Shown: positions 28,459 through 37,274 of the stretch, one piece after another
How the letters are laid out: each line of letters starts with the position of its first letter
How positions within the stretch are numbered: the first letter of the stretch is position 1
IMG/VR virus record: IMGVR_UViG_3300025096_000004
Coordinates: 96,001 to 160,000 of that record
DNA from: a virus
Length of the DNA: 64,000 nt
Direction: 5' to 3' (one strand)
Made by a program: the position numbers and the translations under genes
The notes under the pieces: generated by a model
Seen by the model: only the letters and a program-made list of their open reading frames with translations
What the model was told of the DNA's origin: nothing
The model's database searches: none

Positions 28459-28856
28459 ACAAAAATGAATTAAAAAAGATTTTGAAACCTCTGATTAAAC
28501 AGTGCATCAAGGAGGTGATTTTCGAAGACGGCACTCTTTCGAATATCATATCGGAGGTTGCAAAGGGCCTCGGATCTACAACTGTTATTTCCGAGGCTCA
28601 ACCAACTATACAAAAACCAATGCAGCTTGAGTCTGATAGTACAGCAGCAAAGCGTCTAGAAAGGAAAAAACGTATGCTTGATTCTATTGGTAAAGATGCC
28701 TATAACGGCGTTGACTTGTTTGAGGGAACAACCCCAACTACCCAGCCCAAAGAACGGGGCCAAGGTCCCCTTGCAGGAGTAGACCCAAGAGACCCCGGTG
28801 TAGATATATCTAACTTTGGCTCTTTAGGGCACTGGAAGAAGCTGGCAGGAAACTAA
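28455..28856 (+). CDS. Hypothetical head/scaffold-like protein
   Basis: MNKNELKKILKPLIKQCIKEVIFE N-terminus; ends WKKLAGN, like the scaffold's RMRKLAGIK. Confidence 0.65.
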   Translation: MNKNELKKILKPLIKQCIKEVIFEDGTLSNIISEVAKGLGSTTVISEAQPTIQKPMQLESDSTAAKRLERKKRMLDSIGKDAYNGVDLFEGTTPTTQPKERGQGPLAGVDPRDPGVDISNFGSLGHWKKLAGN

Positions 28857-28857
28857 A

Positions 28858-29094
28858 ATGAGAAAACGAATACCAAAGAAAAAAAACAATTTAACAATTT
28901 ATCCTCGAAGAAATGAATCTCCAGAAAGACTTGTAAAGAGGTTTAATAAAAAAGTTAAAAAAATGGGAATAATCGATGAAGCAAAAGACCGACGCTATTA
29001 TACAAAACCTTCTGAAAAAAAACGATTGGCGAGAAAACGCGCCATCGCAAGAAGAAAAAAGGAAGAGGCAAAAGCCAAGAGAAGAACTAATTAA
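28858..29094 (+). CDS. rpsU: Phage-encoded 30S ribosomal protein bS21
   Basis: RRNESPERLVKRFNKKVKKMGIIDEAKDRRYYTKPSEKKR matches the bS21 pattern (E....lrRFK......G...e...R..y.KPs..r). Confidence 0.88.
   Translation: MRKRIPKKKNNLTIYPRRNESPERLVKRFNKKVKKMGIIDEAKDRRYYTKPSEKKRLARKRAIARRKKEEAKAKRRTN
29086..29093 (+). promoter_or_regulatory. Candidate late promoter motif ACTAATTA
   Basis: Overlaps the bS21 stop; 28 nt upstream of the 29114 start (GAGGT SD). Confidence 0.5.
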
Positions 29095-29113
29095 GTTATC
29101 GAGGTAGAACATT

Positions 29114-29509
29114 ATGTCAAAGTATGGTGTAGGCTTAAGAAGTGTTGGCTCTTATCAAGTATCTGGGACCCCTTTTATAACAGGGAGTACAGTCCCAGCA
29201 AACGATGAAGATATCATTTCTTTCCCATATGTTACAAAAAAGGTATGGGTTAAAAATACAAAATCATCGGGGTCCACAAAGGTTATTAGAGTTCACTTTC
29301 AAGCAACCGGCTCTGGAAATGTGATTTCTGGCAAACATTTTGTTGAATTAGCGGCACAAGAGAGTGTAACTCTTGATGTAAAGTGTAGTAAAATATATAT
29401 AACAGTCAAAGCATCAGGCCAGACTTGCGATTATCAAGTTTATGCATCTTTAACAAATATACCAACTGACAGCATGTATACCCTGACAGGATCAGGAATA
29501 ACGGAGTAA
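29114..29509 (+). CDS. Hypothetical virion protein, paralog of 29520
   Basis: MSKYGVGLRSVGSYQVSGTPFITGS..LTGSGITE. Confidence 0.7.
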   Translation: MSKYGVGLRSVGSYQVSGTPFITGSTVPANDEDIISFPYVTKKVWVKNTKSSGSTKVIRVHFQATGSGNVISGKHFVELAAQESVTLDVKCSKIYITVKASGQTCDYQVYASLTNIPTDSMYTLTGSGITE

Positions 29510-29519
29510 GGAGTGAATT

Positions 29520-29930
29520 ATGTCAAAATATAATGTAGGATTGAGAAATGTTGGCTCTTATCAAGTATCTGGGACCCCATGGTTAACTGGATCTAGTATA
29601 GCCGCCGCCACAACATATAATGTCTCCGGCGTAGCTGGAGAAATGATGTTGACATTTCCATATGTTACACAAACAGTCACGGTTGTCAACACTTCCGCCT
29701 CTGGGGCCACATTAATTCATTTTGTTTCTTCAAGTTCTCCGGGAAATGTTCACACCAACAAACATTTTATAACTTTAAACGCCGGGGAGTCTATCTCTTT
29801 TGATGTTAAATGTAAAGAAATATTTTTACACAACAACAGTGGGACCCAAACTTTTGAAATGATTGCTGATTTAACAAACATACCAATTCGTCGTATGTAT
29901 GAACTAACAGGATCTGGTATAACCGATTAG
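29520..29930 (+). CDS. Hypothetical virion protein, paralog of 29114
   Basis: MSKYNVGLRNVGSYQVSGTPWLTGS..LTGSGITD; AAGGAG SD. Confidence 0.7.
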   Translation: MSKYNVGLRNVGSYQVSGTPWLTGSSIAAATTYNVSGVAGEMMLTFPYVTQTVTVVNTSASGATLIHFVSSSSPGNVHTNKHFITLNAGESISFDVKCKEIFLHNNSGTQTFEMIADLTNIPIRRMYELTGSGITD

Positions 29931-29943
29931 GAGATGAACACAA

Positions 29944-30432
29944 ATGAGTAATAAAAGTTTTAGCAACCTATCCCCTGTGGGAACTTGGGTTTTAACTGGA
30001 GATGGAAGAATCACTGGCACCCTAACTGTGGAGGGAGCCACAACAACAGTTGAAAGCACAACCATCACCGTTGATGACAAAAACATTGAACTTGGTTCTG
30101 TAGATTCTCCCTCTGATATAACTGCCGATGGCGGAGGTATCACGCTTAAGGGCGCTAGTGACAAAACCATCCTATGGGAGAATGATACAGATGCTTGGGT
30201 GTTCAATCAACACCTCCTCCCCGCTGGCGACGGAGATTTTCACTTAGGCACCGCTGGAATCCGCTGGGGAAACATATATGCCGACGATGTGTATACTGGT
30301 GACCTTCATTTATCAAATGAGAGAGGAGATTGGACTGTTATTGAGGAAGAGAACTATTTAACAATAAGAAATAACAAGAACGGAAAGCGTTACAAACTTC
30401 TTATGGAAGAGCTTCCCGAGGATGAGGATTAA
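29944..30432 (+). CDS. Short fibre-like protein
   Basis: TTTVESTTITVDDKNIEL and DKTILWENDTDAW segments, plus C-terminal TGDLHLSNERGDWTVIEEE domain, are shared with the 30939 fibre. Confidence 0.65.
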   Translation: MSNKSFSNLSPVGTWVLTGDGRITGTLTVEGATTTVESTTITVDDKNIELGSVDSPSDITADGGGITLKGASDKTILWENDTDAWVFNQHLLPAGDGDFHLGTAGIRWGNIYADDVYTGDLHLSNERGDWTVIEEENYLTIRNNKNGKRYKLLMEELPEDED

Positions 30433-30435
30433 TTT

Positions 30436-30921
30436 ATGGCTGCAACATTAGGATGGGTCAACATACAAGCAGGCACAGCGTCAAGTGTTATAGGCACCGA
30501 TAATGGCCTTGTTTTTAAAATTTCAGGCCAGCAGCTTGAAGCTGCATCTGATATTATATGGGACTCAACTGCCAAAACCCTCACGATCACGGGTACATCT
30601 GCATCATCGACCACTTTAACAATCACTGGCAAAATAACATCGGATGCCATCGCCATAACAAACGATATTACGGCAGCCACTGTCACTACCACTGGCGAAA
30701 TCTATGCCGGCAGTCACTCCAGAACTTTAAGCAATATGGGACAAATTTTAGGTCAAGGAAATGTTTTAACTATTTCTGGAAACGAAGTGGTCCCTGCTGA
30801 TTTTCGAAGTCTAGTGTATGGTCCATTATCGGTATCAGCTAACGCCACATTGGCAATTGGAACTGGCGCCATCATCGCAGTCCGTCCTGACGAAGACTTA
30901 CCAGCTATTTTGCAATCATAA
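30436..30921 (+). CDS. Short fibre-associated protein
   Basis: Thr/Ala/Gly-rich beta-type ORF within the fibre cluster. Confidence 0.55.
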   Translation: MAATLGWVNIQAGTASSVIGTDNGLVFKISGQQLEAASDIIWDSTAKTLTITGTSASSTTLTITGKITSDAIAITNDITAATVTTTGEIYAGSHSRTLSNMGQILGQGNVLTISGNEVVPADFRSLVYGPLSVSANATLAIGTGAIIAVRPDEDLPAILQS

Positions 30922-30938
30922 TTACGGAGTAAAAATTA

Positions 30939-33371
30939 ATGAGTACACTAAAAGTAAACAACATGAAGGTCTATTCTGGTAGCGATTTGGCCATTGGAGA
31001 AGCTGCTACTGAAATTAAGACAGTTGGGAACACAACCCTTGGTGACAGTAGTAGTAATACTGTCACCTATAATGCTAAAGTTGATTCGGCTGTCATACCA
31101 GACACTGATGGGACTCGTAATTTAGGTTCTTCCACGGCTCGTTGGAATATTTATTCCGCCACATCAACACTGGCCTCTGTAACTACTCCTGTCTCAACAG
31201 ATTTAACACTTGGCTCAACTCAAGATATCATCTTAAGTCCCGGTTCAGGCTTTGGCGTGGGTCTAGGAACATCCGACCCCGCCTCGGGCATGCTTTTACA
31301 CCTTTCAAAGGCTGATTGCCGTGCGAGAATTGAGGCAACAACAGCCGATAACAATTGTCAATTAGACTTTTACAATGCTAATGGCAAATATGCCAATATT
31401 GGAAACAGTATCAATGTTGCTGGTTCGCTATTTGAGATAAACGAAGTTAGCCCAGCCGCTTCGTCAAGAATGACAATTCTCACAGGAGGGAATGTTGGAA
31501 TTGGAACAACTACTCCTACCGCCCTCCTTCATGTAAATGGAGCAACCACAATAGAGGGCGACTTAACTGTCAATGGCACCACTACAACCGTTAATAGTAC
31601 AACACTAACGGTTGATGACAAGAATATTGAATTAAATACGAGCCCAAGTGGTACCGCTGGAACCGATTCTACCGCAGATGGCGGAGGACTTACACTTAAA
31701 GGCGATACCGATAAGACTATCCTTTGGGAGAATGACACAGATGCTTGGCACTACAACCAAGGAATCAACATTACCAGTGGAAAGCTTGGTATTGGAATGT
31801 CAACAGCGCCTACTAGCCAATTGGAGATTGAAGGGTCATCAGGAGACCTTGTCATTGAGATAGACAACAACGCAGCAAACTCGTCCAATTTCAAGATTAA
31901 TAATGGAGCAGGCAACGCCCGTACCGATTTTGTTTTAGATAACAACACCCATGTTACACTAAAAGGTCAAAGAGTTGGTATATTGGATACAAGTCCTTCA
32001 TACACTATGGACATCAACGGAACACTTCGATCAGTCGCAGAGGCATACTTTAATACGGACGCAACGATTGGCGATGACCTTTCTATGCTTTCAGACGCCG
32101 CCGTCATAAATTTCGGTGCGGATAGCGATATAAAGTTAACCCACACTGCTGATACAAACTTGGTTCTGTCAGGGGTCGGCTCTTCTACCGGCTTGGTTAT
32201 TAATAATACGGACACCGGTGATTCATTCTTGGCCTTCGCTGTGGATGCTTCATCACCGCCTACTCAAGTCTTTACCATGGGCGTCGATGATGCTGATGCT
32301 GATAAATTTAAGATCGGTACCACATCAATAGCATCTAATACCCGCTTGACTATTGATAGCACCGGTAAAGTTGGTATTGGAGCAGATACTCCGACCAGTC
32401 TTTTGGAATTAGAAAGCGCCAGCGGCGATTTGACATTCGAGATGGATAACAATGTATCGAATTCATCAAACTTCAAAATCAAATGTGGCGCCGCCGACGA
32501 CAGAGTAGAAATGTCTGTGGATGATCAAATGCACATAACGTTGAAGGGTCAAAGGGTTGGTATTTTGGACACAAGCCCTTCTTATACCTTAGATGTAAAT
32601 GGCACTGGTCAAATTACAAGCAATCTCATCGTCGGAGACGACTTATTTTTACAATCCGATGCGGCTGTTTTAAGTTTCGGTGCCGGTGACGATGTTACTC
32701 TAACTCACACAAATGATGTTGGCCTTCACTTAAACGCCGGCATGAGACTTGGTTTTCGGGACCAAGGCGGCGAGTACATTTATTCTGTGTCTGATGGCAC
32801 TCTTGGAATTGTTGCTGCAACCGAGATCGACCTAACAGCAACAACAATTGACATTAATGGCGCTTGCGACATAAGTGGAGCTTTCACTCTTAACGGTACA
32901 ACTTTGGCCGAGACCATCGCCGATACAGTCGGAGCAATGGTTGGCTCAAACACAGAAACTGGCATTGCCGTAACTTATGAAGACGGTGATAATACACTTG
33001 ATTTTGTTCTCGCAGCAGCCCAAACCACAATCACCTCTTTGTTGGCAACAGACATCAAGATTGGTGAAGACGATCAAACTAAGATTGATTTTGAAACTGC
33101 GGATGAAATTCACTTCTATGCAGCCAACGTCCATCAGGTAAAACTTACAGATAATATGTTTGGACCTCAAGCAGATAGTGATGTTGATCTGGGAACAACT
33201 GGCGTCCGCTGGAAGGCCGGCTATTTTGATGATGTTCACACTGGTGACCTTCATTTATCAAATGATCGTGGAGATTGGACAGTTATAGAAGAAGAAGACT
33301 ATTTAAGTTTAAGAAATAATAAGAACGGGAAACTGTTCAAAATCGTCATGCAAGAAATTTTGGAGGAATAA
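30939..33371 (+). CDS. Tail/head fibre protein with internal duplication
   Basis: GNVGIGTTTP / VGILDTSPSYTLDVNG fibre repeats; duplicated block LELE..SGDL..E.DNN..NSSNFKI; C-terminal TGDLHLSNDRGDW domain. Confidence 0.75.
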   Translation: MSTLKVNNMKVYSGSDLAIGEAATEIKTVGNTTLGDSSSNTVTYNAKVDSAVIPDTDGTRNLGSSTARWNIYSATSTLASVTTPVSTDLTLGSTQDIILSPGSGFGVGLGTSDPASGMLLHLSKADCRARIEATTADNNCQLDFYNANGKYANIGNSINVAGSLFEINEVSPAASSRMTILTGGNVGIGTTTPTALLHVNGATTIEGDLTVNGTTTTVNSTTLTVDDKNIELNTSPSGTAGTDSTADGGGLTLKGDTDKTILWENDTDAWHYNQGINITSGKLGIGMSTAPTSQLEIEGSSGDLVIEIDNNAANSSNFKINNGAGNARTDFVLDNNTHVTLKGQRVGILDTSPSYTMDINGTLRSVAEAYFNTDATIGDDLSMLSDAAVINFGADSDIKLTHTADTNLVLSGVGSSTGLVINNTDTGDSFLAFAVDASSPPTQVFTMGVDDADADKFKIGTTSIASNTRLTIDSTGKVGIGADTPTSLLELESASGDLTFEMDNNVSNSSNFKIKCGAADDRVEMSVDDQMHITLKGQRVGILDTSPSYTLDVNGTGQITSNLIVGDDLFLQSDAAVLSFGAGDDVTLTHTNDVGLHLNAGMRLGFRDQGGEYIYSVSDGTLGIVAATEIDLTATTIDINGACDISGAFTLNGTTLAETIADTVGAMVGSNTETGIAVTYEDGDNTLDFVLAAAQTTITSLLATDIKIGEDDQTKIDFETADEIHFYAANVHQVKLTDNMFGPQADSDVDLGTTGVRWKAGYFDDVHTGDLHLSNDRGDWTVIEEEDYLSLRNNKNGKLFKIVMQEILEE

Positions 33372-33374
33372 TAA

Positions 33375-36300
33375 ATGGCAGGATTAACAACAACAACAGT
33401 AGCGGCAGTCGCGGATGATGTCACATTTAAAGACGGCAATGGAAATGAAACATTGGTTCTTAAAGAAACAGCGTCCGCTGAAAACCATGTGCAAGTTCAA
33501 AATGCAGCAGATGGTAATGGCCCTACTATATCTGCCATTGGTGATGATACCAATGTTGATTTGAATGTCGCCGCCAAAGGTTCTGGTGTGGTTAATGTTA
33601 CCTCCGACATGAAAATCACCGGCACAACCCCAACTCTTACAGTTGGAGACGCAGGTGCCGAGGATACAATGATTGTATTCGATGGTAATGCTGCCGACTT
33701 CCGAATTGGTCTAGATGATGGTACAGATTCTCTTGAAATTGGAGCAGGCTCTGCACACGGAACAACTGCTGGACTTGTGATAAATTCTTCTGGTCAAGTT
33801 ACTGGTATCGGAGATGATACTCCTTCAAATGAGCAAGTTTTAACTTGGACAACCTCTGGTACTGCACGAGCAGTATGGGCCACTGCCTCAACTGGCGGAG
33901 AAGCAGACTCTGTCGCTGCTGATAATATCTCCGATGGCAATGCTGCGGTAAACATTATTACAACTTCAGGCGATATCACAATTGATGCCCAAGCAAATGA
34001 CGCAGACGTAATTATTAAAGTTGATGATGCCGGCTCTTCGGTAACAGCAGTAACATTTGATGGTAGCGACGAAGGTAACGCAATCTTTGTCAATGACCTT
34101 AAGCTACAATCAGACGCTTCCGTAATTCACTTTGGTGCAAATGATGAAATTACAATGACGCATGTTCATAATAGCGGATTAACCATAACAAATACAGTTA
34201 ATGGGACAGATGACTCACCTGTCATTTTAACTTTAAAGTCTGAAGAAGATGCAATCGTTGCTGATGATGTAATTGGAACAATTAACTTTACAGCAGGCGA
34301 TAGCGATGGAACAGATGGAGCGGCAATAGCTGCTTCAATTGAGGCTCTGGCCGAAGACACCTTCTCTGCTAGTGTCAATGAGACAAGTTTAATATTTAAG
34401 ACCGGTGCTTCGGAAGCAGCAGTCGAAAAAGCGAGATTGTGGTCTGACGGTATGCTTGAATTGACAGATTGTGTTTCTGTCGCCGGTGCTTTTGCTGCGA
34501 TCCAAGGTGCTGGTAGTTATGGAGTTATGGATTATGCGAGTAACCATACTCGCATCATTTCAAGAGGTGCAAACGGCTCCACGTTGGGAGGAATAACACT
34601 TGTTCAGGAAGCTAACGACGCCAGTCCAAGTCAAAACACCTTAGTCTTGGATACTTCTGGAAATGCAGCTTTTCTTGCTGACCTGTCCGTTGGTGACGAT
34701 CTTTCATTAGTATCCGATTCCGCCGTGCTCTCTTTCGGCGCAGGATCAGAGACCACGCTTACTCACACAAACGATGTAGGACTGGCTCTCCGCCAAACTG
34801 GCGCCAATGCAATACAATGGAAAATTTTGCAAAATAACGCGACCGATGGTTGGGGTTTTCATGCCGATAGCTCCGATGGCAAAATGAAGATTTCCCGTAT
34901 CTCCGCAAGCCAAACTGGATTCTTTTCAGTCAGTAGCGAAGGCGCCGCAGAACTTGAGGGAGAGTCCGCCAGTCTGGTGATTGATAATGATGCGACCGAT
35001 GCCGACCCAATGGTCCAATTCGCCCTTAGTGGAACTGTTAAATGGTCTGTTGGTTGCGAGGATGGCGACTCCGATAAATTTGTTATTGAAAATGGTGCCG
35101 GTGCTCTGGGCGCTGCACCCGCATTAGAAATAGATTCTAGTTCAAATGTTACTGTAACCGGTGATGTTAACGTTGGAGACGATCTTACACTAACGTCTGA
35201 TGCTTCTGTTTTAACTTTCGGAGCCGGCAGTGATGTAACTTTTACCCACGACAACGGAACAGGGATGGATATTACATCTGCTGGAAATTTAGATATTGAT
35301 TGTACTGCTGGTTCTATTACACTGGGCGCTTCCTTAGCAGACGGCCAGACACTTAAACTCGGAAAGAATGGAGCAGTTGAAACTATCATTGCTCCTCATG
35401 GAACGGCAGGTAGTGAACTCTATTCTGTAATCAACACATCAGGAGTTACCGATGGTACCGACGCCGCCGGCTCAATCTTACTCAGCGCGGTTGCTGGCGG
35501 AATTGGCCTTGCTTGGGCTGATACCAAAGACCTTTGGGCTGAAGGTGGCGCCATGTCGTTTGTTGCTAATGAGAATAGAGCTAATGCTATTCACCTCCAT
35601 GCAGACGCTGGCGCAGATCAAACAATCTTATTGCAAAACGATGAAGGAACGGGTACCGGAGCCGATGATGGTTCTAGTGCTATTCAACTCCACTCAGGGG
35701 CTGGTGGTATAGGTATAACTTGCGCGGCTACAAAGAAGCTTTATATGGATGCCGGAACATTTACTTTGAAGACATCCCAAAATGATTCTGGTGCAATCTT
35801 GCTTCATGCCGATGAAGGTACAGCACAGGTTATTAAACTTGTTAACGATGAAGGAAACACCGACGGAACCGCTGGTGCCGGAGCAATTGACATTGAAGCC
35901 ACTGCTGGTGGAATAAGTCTTTTATGGGCAGACACCAAAGACCTGTGGGCCGAAGGCGGCCAAGCTATGATTGTTGCAAATCACAACACCGCCAACGCCA
36001 TCAAACTACATGCAGATGCTGGAGCCGCCCAAACCATTCAGATCCTTAACGATGAAGGTACAGTAGACGGAACCGCCGGAGCCGGAGCAATTGATATTGA
36101 AGCCACAGCCGGAGGCATGAGCCTCTTGTGGGCCGACACCAAAGACCTTTGGGCTGAAGGCGGAGCAATAATGCTTGTCGCCAATGAAAATAAAGCATCG
36201 GCCATTCAAATCCATGCTGATGCCGGCGCAAACCAAACGATTCAGATCATCAATGATGAAGGATCAGTTGAGGGAACTTACGGCTCTGGAGCAATTGATA

Positions 36301-37202
36301 TTGAAGCCACTGCTGGCGGAATAAGCCTCTTATGGAATGATGCAAAAGATCTTTGGGCTGAAGGTGGACAGTTTATTGTCACCGCCAATCATGATACTGC
36401 TGATTGTATTAAATTGCATGCTGATGCGGGAACATCTCAACAGATAACGGTTCTAAATGATGCAGGCACAAATGCCGCAGCAATTGGATTGACAGCCTCT
36501 GCTGGTGGTATTTCATTGACTTCTGCCGCCACCACTGCGACTGATGGTGTTACAATCACAGCATCCCAAACCACAAAAGATGCGGTTCAAATTACAGCAA
36601 ACTCACTTACAACCGCATACGGAATTGATATGGAGGCTGACGCTCTTACAACCGGTGGTCTTGCTCGTTTTGTTTCTAATGCAAGCAGTGATGACAATCG
36701 TAGTCTTGTAACCATTGATGCAGAACATGCAAATTCTGATAATGTTGTGCCTCTTGATATTTCAAATGCATGTACTCATGCTGATGGAAATATTATTGCT
36801 AGGTTCACTGGGCCTCTTGATGGGCTGAATGTAAAAACTAAGCAGGTAATACTAAATAGCGTCAACCACGGCTCGAATTTCTGGGTCGATGCGAGTAACT
36901 TCTTTCCTGCTGGGTGTACAGTTCTTGGTTTGACAGCAAAGGTAACAACGGTCATCCCCGCTTCTAAATATATTTCACAAATCGGCATCGTCCAAGGCGG
37001 AACGCCTGATCTAGATGCATTTGGCGTTTTTGCCAATGCTGCTACACTTGGTGCCGAGGACACCTCGGCCAAAATGGTTCCAAGAGTATTTCTAGATCAT
37101 TCCGCCCAAGCAGACCTAAGAATAACTTTTGATGGGAACCCCGGCGCCACATCTGGTGTAATTCGGGTTACGCTGTTTTACACGGACCAAGTTCCGGGAT
37201 AA
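33375..37202 (+). CDS. Long fibre/adhesin-like protein with 68-aa tandem repeats
   Basis: 1275 aa, Ala/Gly/Asp/Thr-rich; repeated AIDIEATAGG.SLLWAD.KDLWAEGG units. Confidence 0.75.
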   Translation: MAGLTTTTVAAVADDVTFKDGNGNETLVLKETASAENHVQVQNAADGNGPTISAIGDDTNVDLNVAAKGSGVVNVTSDMKITGTTPTLTVGDAGAEDTMIVFDGNAADFRIGLDDGTDSLEIGAGSAHGTTAGLVINSSGQVTGIGDDTPSNEQVLTWTTSGTARAVWATASTGGEADSVAADNISDGNAAVNIITTSGDITIDAQANDADVIIKVDDAGSSVTAVTFDGSDEGNAIFVNDLKLQSDASVIHFGANDEITMTHVHNSGLTITNTVNGTDDSPVILTLKSEEDAIVADDVIGTINFTAGDSDGTDGAAIAASIEALAEDTFSASVNETSLIFKTGASEAAVEKARLWSDGMLELTDCVSVAGAFAAIQGAGSYGVMDYASNHTRIISRGANGSTLGGITLVQEANDASPSQNTLVLDTSGNAAFLADLSVGDDLSLVSDSAVLSFGAGSETTLTHTNDVGLALRQTGANAIQWKILQNNATDGWGFHADSSDGKMKISRISASQTGFFSVSSEGAAELEGESASLVIDNDATDADPMVQFALSGTVKWSVGCEDGDSDKFVIENGAGALGAAPALEIDSSSNVTVTGDVNVGDDLTLTSDASVLTFGAGSDVTFTHDNGTGMDITSAGNLDIDCTAGSITLGASLADGQTLKLGKNGAVETIIAPHGTAGSELYSVINTSGVTDGTDAAGSILLSAVAGGIGLAWADTKDLWAEGGAMSFVANENRANAIHLHADAGADQTILLQNDEGTGTGADDGSSAIQLHSGAGGIGITCAATKKLYMDAGTFTLKTSQNDSGAILLHADEGTAQVIKLVNDEGNTDGTAGAGAIDIEATAGGISLLWADTKDLWAEGGQAMIVANHNTANAIKLHADAGAAQTIQILNDEGTVDGTAGAGAIDIEATAGGMSLLWADTKDLWAEGGAIMLVANENKASAIQIHADAGANQTIQIINDEGSVEGTYGSGAIDIEATAGGISLLWNDAKDLWAEGGQFIVTANHDTADCIKLHADAGTSQQITVLNDAGTNAAAIGLTASAGGISLTSAATTATDGVTITASQTTKDAVQITANSLTTAYGIDMEADALTTGGLARFVSNASSDDNRSLVTIDAEHANSDNVVPLDISNACTHADGNIIARFTGPLDGLNVKTKQVILNSVNHGSNFWVDASNFFPAGCTVLGLTAKVTTVIPASKYISQIGIVQGGTPDLDAFGVFANAATLGAEDTSAKMVPRVFLDHSAQADLRITFDGNPGATSGVIRVTLFYTDQVPG
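35514..36540 (+). repeat. Tandem 204-bp (68-aa) coding repeats, about 5 copies with one degenerate
   Basis: The W of W(A/N)D.KDLWAEG lies at 35514, 35925, 36129 and 36333 (spacings 411, 204, 204). Confidence 0.8.
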
Positions 37203-37232
37203 TAATCCATTATGACTTTTACCCAAGACTAT

Positions 37233-37240
37233 ACTAATTA
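37233..37240 (+). promoter_or_regulatory. Candidate late promoter motif ACTAATTA
   Basis: Intergenic, 42 nt upstream of the scaffold start. Confidence 0.55.
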
Positions 37241-37274
37241 TAAAAGAATACAAATACCTTTAGGAGAAAATTGA

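Noticed and set aside
30280-33371. Similar 3' ends of genes 29944 and 30939 as a possible DGR template/variable repeat pair
   Set aside because: Differences are mostly synonymous and not adenine-specific, both copies are coding, and no reverse transcriptase is in the window.
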